Assembly: GCA_964474315.1 (NCBI GenBank)
Contig: CAYYSX010000002.1
Coordinates: 8,938 to 72,937, forward strand
Length of the DNA stretch: 64,000 bases
Direction: 5' to 3'
From: an uncultured Verrucomicrobiota bacterium
GTDB taxonomy: Bacteria; Verrucomicrobiota; Verrucomicrobiia; Limisphaerales; UBA9464
Below, in pieces: positions 18,259 through 26,223 of this stretch; position 1 is the stretch's first letter, and the number at the start of each line of letters is the position of its first letter. The notes beneath the pieces were generated by a model that made no database searches, had not been told where the DNA came from, and worked only from the letters and a program-made list of their open reading frames with translations. A program made the position numbers and the translations under genes.

Positions 18259-18968
18259 ACCTTTCCGCTCACCCCACCGACGCCGACGCCAATGAAGCGG
18301 CGGCCCAGCGGCTGGGCGACTGGCTCGGCTCGGGAACCGTCCGCCGCCTCATGGTCGCCGCCGGAAATAGTCCGCTGGAACTGTACCGGCGGATTGCGGA
18401 GCGCCGTCTCCCGCTAGAAAACCTTACGGTCTTCGCACTCGACGAATACGTGGGCGTTCCTCCGGAAGAGCCCCGTAACTGCGCCAATCTGCTGCGCCGC
18501 ACCGTTGCCGAAGCCTGGAACCTTCGACCGGACCAGTTCCATGCCATCAGCTCCCGGCCGGAGGAAGCATTGGCCAGCGTTCGAGCGCAGGAAGAACGGA
18601 TCGCTGCCGCCGGTGGACTCGATGCCATCATTCTGGGTCTCGGTCAGAATGGTCATCTCGGCTTCAACGAGCCGGGAAGCGCGGCGGACTCCACAGCCCG
18701 CGTGCTGGATCTGGAGCCGATTTCCATCGATGCCAATCGGATCTGGTTCGGCGGCGACTATCGTCCCTGCCAGGGCGCCACCGTGGGATTGAAGACCATC
18801 CTGGCCGCCCGACGGGTGCTGATCCTCGCTTTTGGAACACACAAAGTCACCGCGGTCCGGGCCATGACCCGTGGCCCCATTGGGCCCGCCTGTCCGGCCT
18901 CGTTCCTTCGGGAGCACCCCGAGGTACATGTGTTTCTCGACGCCGCGGCGGTGGGAGAGGGAGTCTGA
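18255..18968 (+). CDS. glucosamine-6-phosphate deaminase/isomerase family protein (NagB-like)
   Basis: 237 aa from ATG 18255 (MNLSAHP...), which overlaps the upstream stop as ATGA. NagB-type motif GLGQNGHLGFNEPGS. The longer track ORF from 17832 is an out-of-frame read-through of the upstream gene region. Confidence 0.75.
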   Translation: MNLSAHPTDADANEAAAQRLGDWLGSGTVRRLMVAAGNSPLELYRRIAERRLPLENLTVFALDEYVGVPPEEPRNCANLLRRTVAEAWNLRPDQFHAISSRPEEALASVRAQEERIAAAGGLDAIILGLGQNGHLGFNEPGSAADSTARVLDLEPISIDANRIWFGGDYRPCQGATVGLKTILAARRVLILAFGTHKVTAVRAMTRGPIGPACPASFLREHPEVHVFLDAAAVGEGV

Positions 18969-18976
18969 ATCGGGCT

Positions 18977-19085
18977 GTAGCGCAGGCCTCTTGGCCTGCT
19001 GTTCCGCAGGTTTTTAACCTGCCCGTCCGGTTTCTCTGGCAGGCTGAAAGACCTGCGAAACAGCAGGTCGGGAGACCTGCGCTAC
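18977..19085. repeat. Family-3 REP-like array: four hairpin units forming a 35-nt imperfect inverted repeat
   Basis: Units: GCAGGCC-TCTT-GGCCTGC (18983-19000), GCAGGTT-TTT-AACCTGC (19006-19022), GCAGGCT-GAAA-GACCTGC (19039-19056), GCAGGTC-GGGA-GACCTGC (19063-19080). The arm at 18977-19011 is the near reverse complement of 19051-19085. Confidence 0.85.
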
Positions 19086-19150
19086 CAGGCGGTACGAGCC
19101 GCTCTCTTTCTGTGATTCATTCCACCGCCGTTTCCCGATTGAATCCGCAC

Positions 19151-20068
19151 ATGCGACCTTTGCCCTTTACCGCACTGGGCATCGACGTCGGTGGGACCAA
19201 GATCGCCGCCGGACTCGTGGTGTTTCCCGAGGCGCGAGTGCTGGAACGACGTCAGGTCCCGACCCGTCCTGACCGGGGAGGCGCCCGGGTGCTGGACGAG
19301 GTAGAACACGTGGCCGGCGAACTCCTTGCCGCGGCAGAAGCCCGGGGCACCAAGGTAGCTGGAATCGGTGTGGGTATTTGCGAACTGGTATCACCCGGCG
19401 GCCGAATCCTGAGCGCCCACAGCCTCGACTGGCGGGATCAGCCCGTCGTTGACCGATTATCGGCTCTGGCACCAGCCAAACTGGAGGCCGATGTCCGCGC
19501 TGCGGCCTGGGCCGAGGCCCGGTTCGGGGCTGGCCGTTCATTTTCGTCGTTCCTTTACGTCACCATCGGAACGGGCATTGCATCCTGCCTGGTCCTGGAG
19601 GGACGACCCTACACCGGGGCGCGGGGCGCCGCGGGAACGATGGGCAGCAGTTCCCAGGGTTTCCTCTGTGAGCAGTGCGGCTGGACCCAGCAACGGACAT
19701 TAGAGGAATTCGCCGCTGGCCCGGCCCTCGTCAGCCGGTTGAACCAACGGCGGCCCGGGATGGCACAGAACGGGTTGGAGGTGATGGCGGCGGCCCATTC
19801 GGGTCAGGCGGAAGCTGTGGCGGTGGTCCGATCCGCTGGAGCCGCCCTGGGGGTTGCCTTAGGCCAGTTGGTCAACGTGCTGGATCCGGAGGCCGTGATC
19901 ATCGGGGGCGGCCTGGGCTTGGCCGAGGGCGGGTATTGGAACGCGCTGGTGGAAGCCACCCGACGACAGATCTGGTCGGACGTTCATCGCGACCTGCCGC
20001 TGCTCCGCGCTCTAACCGGTCCCGATGCCGGGTTGATCGGCGCGGCATGGTCCGTGGCGAAGCGGTAA
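19151..20068 (+). CDS. ROK-family sugar kinase
   Basis: N-terminal ALGIDVGGTKIAAGLV ATP-binding motif. ROK core follows with a Cys-containing segment (FLCEQCGW). ATG 19151 is preferred over GTG 19112. Confidence 0.8.
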   Translation: MRPLPFTALGIDVGGTKIAAGLVVFPEARVLERRQVPTRPDRGGARVLDEVEHVAGELLAAAEARGTKVAGIGVGICELVSPGGRILSAHSLDWRDQPVVDRLSALAPAKLEADVRAAAWAEARFGAGRSFSSFLYVTIGTGIASCLVLEGRPYTGARGAAGTMGSSSQGFLCEQCGWTQQRTLEEFAAGPALVSRLNQRRPGMAQNGLEVMAAAHSGQAEAVAVVRSAGAALGVALGQLVNVLDPEAVIIGGGLGLAEGGYWNALVEATRRQIWSDVHRDLPLLRALTGPDAGLIGAAWSVAKR

Positions 20069-20365
20069 GACGGCCGCTAGGCAGGAGGGATTGCCGATTG
20101 AAATTTCACGGTCTCCGAGTCATTACTCGCCGCGTGGCGACCTCAGTGTTCCGCGAAAGCAAAGACTTTCTACGGCGGCTCTACCTGGATGCCCCCGCCC
20201 GTGGCTCGTCGGCGTCCGTGACGGCCAGGCGAATGAGGATCGGCTCAACTTCCTTAAGGACGATGGGGCCAAAGCGCGACGAGACGGTGCGCAACTGACA
20301 GCGCGGAAATCGTTACCAGCGACATGGAGTTCGAGGAACCAAGCTAAGAAAGAAATTAAAATTAC

Positions 20366-21937
20366 GTGGCTCAAATGAAACAATTCACACCCAATTCCCG
20401 GCGAAGCAGTGGCCAAAACAAGCCGGACTTTTTCATCCCGGAGAGTATTCGGCGGCGGCGGCTTTCCAGTTTGCCGCGATCCGCGGAGCTGGCGGCGGTA
20501 TTACGAAAATTGCACGTAACCACGCTCGACGATTTGAACCAAGTCTCGCTTCGTGATTTTCGACGTCTGAGTGACAATGGCACCGCCTTGTTCTTGGAGA
20601 TTACCCGGCTCGTCGGGCAAGTCAGACAAGGAGACTTCGCTATTGCCCCGTCGCGAAACCAGGGAAGGAACCTGGCGGCCAACCACCGGGGGCCCTTGCC
20701 TGATTCCGCGGCCCGAAAGAAGGGGCGAATTCCCGACCAAGCGCGTTTGGAATTGGAAACCGACGAACAGATTCTCATTCCGATTCAATCACGCGGACAA
20801 TTCCTCGCCACGTTCCCCCTCTCCACCCGGCTACGACATGTTTTTGCGTTTAAGCAGTTCCGGACTTTTGGCGATTTGCACGGACGCTCGTTTTCGGAGA
20901 TTTGTGATTACCCCAATTGCGGAAACAAAACGATCGAAGAAATACGCGCCCTCGTTCACGCCATCCAGCAGTCACCTCAACCGCCCGCCGCTGTCGTCCA
21001 GCTCGAGGAGACCGTTTCCGAAGCGGGGTCGGACCCGGCGGCAGGCCTGTTTCAGGTCCCCCAAGAATGGCACGATTTGAGCGTGGCCGATCTGCCTTTG
21101 TCCGTCCGACTCGAAGGGGTGCTGCAACGGCGAGGCGCGCGCTGTCTGGGTGATATTCATGGCGTGTCCGTTGACGATTTGGCAAAAATGAAGAATTGCG
21201 GAAGAAAGACCATCGCCGAACTCGCGGGCTTGATTGAGCGAGCGGTGGCGGGAAGCTTCGTCGAAGCAACGGATGCTTCGTGGAATCCGGTCGAGTTAGT
21301 GCGGCTGCTCGACGCGCTCGTGGCCGATCTGCCGAATCGCAACAAGGAAATGTTGATCCTGCGGCTGGGAGGCCGTAACAGCGATACCATTCCGACTTTG
21401 GGATCAGTAGGGGCCAAGTTTGGCCTCACGAGGGAACGAATCCGGCAGATTATGGAACTCAGCGTGGAACGTATTCGCAAGCGCGGCAGTCGGCGTCTGC
21501 GCAGTTACCTGGAGCACGTCGAAGGTGTTTGTCGTGATCAGGTCTGCCCGTTGACGCCAGCTTTGCTTAAGCAATGGCTGGGAAATCCGTTGACCACGGG
21601 CCGATTCAGTTTGGCTTTTTATGTCCGCTTGCTGGCCGAATTGAACACCACGATTCCCGGGTGGACGACGGGACGGGATTTATCACGAGACGAATCGAGG
21701 CACCGCTACGACATAGAATCCGCATTGGAGACCGCACTCCGCCGTGAATCTGAACCCCTGTCACTCCGGCAAGCCCTGGCGCATGTGCAAGCGGGTATCG
21801 GTCTCCGCAAAGTTGAGGCGAGCGAGTTTCTCGCCGCCTTGCGGCACTTGGGGCGTTTCAAGGTCGAGTTTCCACAACCCGACGCGCCGGTCGTGCGGCT
21901 GGCTAGCTCTCGGCCGGCCTTTGATCCATTTCGTTAA
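20366..21937 (+). CDS. putative transcription factor: three RNA polymerase alpha-CTD-like helix-hairpin-helix modules + sigma-70 region-4-like HTH + unknown C-terminal domain
   Basis: 523 aa. Three similar modules: LPRSAELAAVLRKLHVTTLDDL, FPLSTRLRHVFAFKQFRTFGDLHGRSFSEICDYPNCGNKTIEEI and LPLSVRLEGVLQRRGARCLGDIHGVSVDDLAKMKNCGRKTIAEL. These are followed by LPNRNKEMLILRLGG...TLGSVGAKFGLTRERIRQIMELSVERIRK (sigma region 4.2 pattern). Confidence 0.6.
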   Translation: MAQMKQFTPNSRRSSGQNKPDFFIPESIRRRRLSSLPRSAELAAVLRKLHVTTLDDLNQVSLRDFRRLSDNGTALFLEITRLVGQVRQGDFAIAPSRNQGRNLAANHRGPLPDSAARKKGRIPDQARLELETDEQILIPIQSRGQFLATFPLSTRLRHVFAFKQFRTFGDLHGRSFSEICDYPNCGNKTIEEIRALVHAIQQSPQPPAAVVQLEETVSEAGSDPAAGLFQVPQEWHDLSVADLPLSVRLEGVLQRRGARCLGDIHGVSVDDLAKMKNCGRKTIAELAGLIERAVAGSFVEATDASWNPVELVRLLDALVADLPNRNKEMLILRLGGRNSDTIPTLGSVGAKFGLTRERIRQIMELSVERIRKRGSRRLRSYLEHVEGVCRDQVCPLTPALLKQWLGNPLTTGRFSLAFYVRLLAELNTTIPGWTTGRDLSRDESRHRYDIESALETALRRESEPLSLRQALAHVQAGIGLRKVEASEFLAALRHLGRFKVEFPQPDAPVVRLASSRPAFDPFR

Positions 21938-22022
21938 ATTGGAAACTCCAATTCCTTAGGCTCAGTAAATGACTGAAGGGGAAGGAGGTTGACCCGTGGG
22001 TTCAACTTCGACGGCAGTCCCA

Positions 22023-22106
22023 GCGGAAACCGGGAGTTTGGAACTAGGAGTTTTCGCCCCGTCCCCAGCGCGGTCCCAGTGTAGGACACATTCAGGATGC
22101 GCCCCC
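22023..22106 (-). repeat. Family-1 repeat, copy I
   Basis: The minus strand reads GGGGGCGCATCCTGAATGTGTCCTACACTGGGACC...AACTCCTAGTTCCAAACTCCCGGTTTCCGC. Its head is nearly identical to the copy F head GGGGGCGCATCTTGAACGGGTCCTGACTGGGAACC. Confidence 0.75.
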
Positions 22107-22177
22107 TAACGGTGGCAGTCGGCAAATCCGTCTTGCACCTTTCTCCATTCGTCCCAAGCTGATGGCCTGCCATAGCC

Positions 22178-23083
22178 ATGAAACCTCTGCTTCCCCTGTT
22201 GACCTCGTTGTTCCTCTTGGTGACGGCCGCATTCGAAGCCGAGGCGAAGAAAATCGTCCTGATTGCCGGCACGCCGAGTCATCCGCCCGGCATGCATGAG
22301 TTTCGGGCGGGTTGCCTCCTGTTTCAGAAGTGCCTCTCCGGAATGCCCGGGCTTACGGTGCAGGTGTACTCCAACGGTTGGCCCACCAAGATCGAGGGAG
22401 GCCAGACCGTGGACGACAACGAAGCCTTCCGCGGAGCCTCCGCGGTGCTCATTTATTGCGACGGTGGCCAGGGTCATCCCGCCATCCGGCCTGACCGGGT
22501 CAAGATTCTGGACGACCTCGCTGCCCAGGGCGTGGGGTTGGGCTTTGCCCATTTCGGAGTGGAAGTGCCCAAGGGCGATCCCGCCGCCGCCATGCAGCGT
22601 TGGATCGGTGGTAATTACGAGCACTTGTACTCGGTCAACCCCATGTGGACGCCGGACTTTTCAACCTTCCCCGATCATCCGGTGACCCGCGGCGTTCAGC
22701 CGTTTGGCACCCGCGATGAGTGGTACTTCAACATGCGTTGGGCCTCCTCCACCAACGGCCTGACTCCCTTGCTGGTAGCGACGCCGTCCGAGGACGTCCG
22801 CAAAGGGCCGTATGTGTGGCCCCACGGTCCCTACAAACACATCATCGCGCTGGCGGGCCGTCCGGAGGTGATGATGTGGGCGTTCAATCGTCCGGACGGT
22901 GGACGCGGGTTTGGTTTTACGGGCGGCCATACTCACGCGGCTTGGGGAAATCCCAACCAACGGAAAATCCTGCTCAACGCCCTGCTGTGGCTGGCGGCTG
23001 AGGAGGTTCCTTCCGGTGGGGTCGAGTCCACGGTGACCGAGGCCGACCTCCGGGAGAACCTCGATCCCAAGGACAGGAAATGA
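22178..23083 (+). CDS. ThuA-like (class-I glutamine-amidotransferase-fold) secreted protein
   Basis: 301 aa. Signal peptide, then KKIVLIAGTPSHPPGMHEF...AVLIYCDGGQGHP, as I recall for PVC ThuA-domain proteins. Assignment is from memory only. Confidence 0.55.
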   Translation: MKPLLPLLTSLFLLVTAAFEAEAKKIVLIAGTPSHPPGMHEFRAGCLLFQKCLSGMPGLTVQVYSNGWPTKIEGGQTVDDNEAFRGASAVLIYCDGGQGHPAIRPDRVKILDDLAAQGVGLGFAHFGVEVPKGDPAAAMQRWIGGNYEHLYSVNPMWTPDFSTFPDHPVTRGVQPFGTRDEWYFNMRWASSTNGLTPLLVATPSEDVRKGPYVWPHGPYKHIIALAGRPEVMMWAFNRPDGGRGFGFTGGHTHAAWGNPNQRKILLNALLWLAAEEVPSGGVESTVTEADLRENLDPKDRK

Positions 23084-23251
23084 GTTTCCTTCCCGGTGTT
23101 TGGACCTCCAGCGGCGCCCGGTCTTCCTCGCTCGGGTGCGCTTCCTGTTTACGCCGCTTCCCGGCCGCAGCTCGGCGGCTTATTGATTCGACACTTGGGA
23201 CGGCTGAGTTCATTTTGACTGAGAAATAAATCCTGCAATCCCATCACTTCC

Positions 23252-23752
23252 ATGAACTTGTTGCGTCGTAGTCTCGCCACGGCCTTGGTCGCTCTGGCCT
23301 CGGTCTCCGCCCTGTGGGCAGCCAATCCCAAAGTGGGCGATGCGTTTCCCAAGCTCGCCGATTTCAACCTCGATGGCTCCCTTCCCGATCTGAAGGGAAA
23401 GCTCGTGCTGATCGATTTCTGGGCTTCCTGGTGCGGCCCGTGCCGTCAGTCCTTCCCCGCGCTGCAGGAGATCTACACGAAATATAAGGACCAAGGCTTG
23501 GTCGTTCTCGGCGTGAGTCTGGACGAAGACCGGGCGGACATGGAGGGGTTCCTCAAGAAGATGAAGATCGATTTCCCGAATGTTCGCGATCTCAAGGGAA
23601 AGTTGGCTGAGAAGCTGGGTATCGACGCCATCCCTTCCTCCTTCCTCATCTCCCCGTCCGGAAACATCGTCGCTCTCCACAGCGGGTTTGGCGGCGAATC
23701 GACCAAGCAAGCGTTGGTGACGGACATCACCAAGAACCTGCCGGCCAAATAG
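23252..23752 (+). CDS. TlpA/ResA-family periplasmic thiol:disulfide oxidoreductase
   Basis: 166 aa. Signal peptide and thioredoxin-fold active site WASWCGPC. Confidence 0.85.
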   Translation: MNLLRRSLATALVALASVSALWAANPKVGDAFPKLADFNLDGSLPDLKGKLVLIDFWASWCGPCRQSFPALQEIYTKYKDQGLVVLGVSLDEDRADMEGFLKKMKIDFPNVRDLKGKLAEKLGIDAIPSSFLISPSGNIVALHSGFGGESTKQALVTDITKNLPAK

Positions 23753-23769
23753 TCCATCCGAGTGCCCCC

Positions 23770-23860
23770 GGGGGCGCATCTTGAACGGGTCCTGACTGGG
23801 AACCTGGAATGAAAGCTCCAAAGGCCAAGCTCCAAGCTCCTGGTTCCCGTCCGAACCGCC
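23770..23860 (+). repeat. Family-1 repeat, copy F
   Basis: GGGGGCGCATCTTGAACGGGTCCTGACTGGGAACCTGGAATGAAAGCTCCAAAGGCCAAGCTCCAAGCTCCTGGTTCCCGTCCGAACCGCC. Contains the internal 7-bp inverted repeat GGGAACC...GGTTCCC. Confidence 0.8.
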
Positions 23861-23887
23861 CTTTCATCTGCATACCAAGGTCCGAAC

Positions 23888-26212
23888 TCACTGCGGCAGC
23901 AGGTCGCCGTCGGGCGCTTGCAGGAAGGCCAACAAGTCCGCCAGATCGGCCAGGCTGAGCCCGGCTTCCAAGCCATCCGGCATGAGAGACCGGCCCGTCG
24001 AACGCAATTCGCGAACCTGGCTGCGGGCCACCGACACATCCGGAGAACCTGGTTGTCGAAGGGTCAGCCGCGTCTCTGACTCGCTCGCGAGAAGGCCGGT
24101 AATCCGGACGTCGTTCGTAGTGACGATTTCATACGTTTGGTAGTCGGGCGCAACCTGTTGACTGGGATCGATCAGGTCGATGAGCAGGGTTTCAACTGGC
24201 CGGCTGCTAAGACCCCCCAGGTCTGGACCGACCCGTTGCCCGTGTCCCTGCAAGTAGTGGCAGGCAAGGCAGAGCCGCGCGCAAAGGATGGCTCCGCGAC
24301 GGCGGTCTCCCGCCAGTTGCAAGGCCGGCCGAAATGCCTCTACCGCCTGCTTCCGATCGGGATCGGCATCCCTCGGCTCGGGCAGCAGCCGGTTTGGCCC
24401 GGAAGAGGGCTTGGCCTTGGCGAACCACGCCGCCCCGGTGTTGGTGGTGCCCATCGCAGCGGCAAGGACCAGCCATCGATTGGTACTGCCGGCCCCGAGC
24501 TTCTCCAAAGCAGCTTCCCGTTCGACAGCATTCGGCGATGAACCGAGGGCCAAGGCCGCCTCCAACTGCACGCGCTCATCCCCATCCTCGACCAATGCAA
24601 CCAGGGTGCGAGTGAGTCGGTTGGTCGCCGCCTCCGCTTGAGCCAACCGGGATCCCGCCCGCCGCGCCGCAACGGCTCGGACGTGCGAATCAGAATCACC
24701 CAGGGCCTCCACCAGCCGATCGGTATCCATCAGCCCAAGGAAGTCCAAGGTGTGGAGAGCCGCCGATCGAGCTCGTGGTGAACCAGCCGAACGCACCGCC
24801 TGCCGCAGGAATGGCGCGGCCGTCAGATCCTTGCGTTCATGAAGCAGGCGCTGCGCATTTTCCCTGCGCCAACCGTTGGGACTGGCCAGTTCCGTCACGA
24901 GCTCACGGGTGGTCAGACCTGCCAGTGTTCCACGCTGAGTTTCCCTCCCGAGATCCGTTCTCCGGATACGCCAGATACGTCCGTGCTCGCGGCCGGTTTC
25001 CCAGCGGACCCGGTCGCGCATCTCGCGAGCCACCCAGTCGGGATGCTCCACGAACTGGCGGTAGAAATCGGCCACATAGAGAGCACCATCCGGCCCGGTG
25101 GCGAAGTTGACGGGATGAAACCAAGGGTCGGTGCTGGCCAGAAATTCGCGTCCAACTTCCCGGCGTTCGCCCTGGAAGGAAGGCCCCTGGGGCACCAGCA
25201 CACGGTGGTGAATGAGGTTGCGGAGGCTTTCCCCGACAAACGCATTCCCTTCATAAGTGGAACCCAGGGCGTCACCGCGGAAGACGTGCAGTCCGCTTAG
25301 CGCGTTGAAGTGGCTGCCCGATTCGTTGTTGAACACGAGGGGCGGCGGTGTGAGCGAAAAGACTTCTCCGTGATCGCCCGCTGGCAGGCAGTCCTGTAGC
25401 ACTTCAAGCGCCGCGAGCGTCGGCTGCCGGACCAGGAATCGATCGGGAAACACCTCGTGGCGCAAAGGAATGGTATTCCACGACAGGAAACGGTTTCCCC
25501 AATCATCCCGCGCGTGCCCGAACTGGCTTCGGCCCGCGAGCGATTCGAACTCGCCGGTGTCCGGCCGGAACCGGAAGTCGCGCCCTCGCAACGAGACGAC
25601 GTTCGTCGTGACGGGACGGCTCTGATGCGGAGGCTGAGCCGTAACTTCCATCGGATTGTACGCCCGACGGATCTCGCCGTCGCTTCGTCCGTTGGCGCCG
25701 TACACCCAGCCGTCCAGACCCCAAAACAGGCCGTTGGCTCGCAACTGCGGGTTGCCGGTGCCGAAGCCGGTGAACAAGACCCTCCGCTCATCCGCGATGC
25801 CGTCGCCGTCGGTGTCGCGCAGAAACCAGAGGTCAGGGGCGGCCGTCACCAAAACGCCACCGTTCCACGGCAACACCGAATTCGGAAACGGCAGCCGGTC
25901 CGCGAAGACCGTGGCGGTCTCGTACCGCCCGTCGCGGTCGCGATCTTCGAGGCGTCGTATCGCGCCCCCGTCGGCGGAGCTCGGGTAGTCCCGCATTTCC
26001 GCGAGGTACAGTCGCTCCTCGGCGTCCCAGGCAAGGGCAACCGGACTGGTGACCAGCGGTTCAGCGGCGACCAGTTCGGCGACGAGGTTGGAATCAGCAA
26101 ACTGGAAAGAGGCGCGTTCCGCCTCGGGGTCCTGCGGAGCGGCCGGGGTCTGGCCCAGGACCGGACTGGCCAGCAGAAGAACGGTTAGCGACGTGGCGGT
26201 TGCGCGGGGCAT
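23888..26212 (-). CDS. PVC-type heme-binding CxxCH protein (membrane-bound-dehydrogenase-like N-domain + HEAT repeats + cytochrome c domain)
   Basis: 774 aa. Signal peptide, a glucose/sorbosone-dehydrogenase-like N-terminal region and HEAT-like repeats (ALGDSDSHVRAVAARRAG). C-terminal CLACH...GPDLGG heme-c site. Confidence 0.8.
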   Translation of the reverse strand: MPRATATSLTVLLLASPVLGQTPAAPQDPEAERASFQFADSNLVAELVAAEPLVTSPVALAWDAEERLYLAEMRDYPSSADGGAIRRLEDRDRDGRYETATVFADRLPFPNSVLPWNGGVLVTAAPDLWFLRDTDGDGIADERRVLFTGFGTGNPQLRANGLFWGLDGWVYGANGRSDGEIRRAYNPMEVTAQPPHQSRPVTTNVVSLRGRDFRFRPDTGEFESLAGRSQFGHARDDWGNRFLSWNTIPLRHEVFPDRFLVRQPTLAALEVLQDCLPAGDHGEVFSLTPPPLVFNNESGSHFNALSGLHVFRGDALGSTYEGNAFVGESLRNLIHHRVLVPQGPSFQGERREVGREFLASTDPWFHPVNFATGPDGALYVADFYRQFVEHPDWVAREMRDRVRWETGREHGRIWRIRRTDLGRETQRGTLAGLTTRELVTELASPNGWRRENAQRLLHERKDLTAAPFLRQAVRSAGSPRARSAALHTLDFLGLMDTDRLVEALGDSDSHVRAVAARRAGSRLAQAEAATNRLTRTLVALVEDGDERVQLEAALALGSSPNAVEREAALEKLGAGSTNRWLVLAAAMGTTNTGAAWFAKAKPSSGPNRLLPEPRDADPDRKQAVEAFRPALQLAGDRRRGAILCARLCLACHYLQGHGQRVGPDLGGLSSRPVETLLIDLIDPSQQVAPDYQTYEIVTTNDVRITGLLASESETRLTLRQPGSPDVSVARSQVRELRSTGRSLMPDGLEAGLSLADLADLLAFLQAPDGDLLPQ

Positions 26213-26223
26213 AAGCCGAGCCT

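Noticed and set aside
20123-20416. 97-aa minus-strand ORF and a 37-codon frame (…RFGPIVLKEVEPILIRLAVTDADEPRAGASR) in the left flank of the AT-richer island
   Set aside because: The 97-aa product has no motif and overlaps the start of the 20366 gene. The 37-codon frame looks protein-like and might be a gene remnant. It is too short and has no recognisable family, so it is not called.
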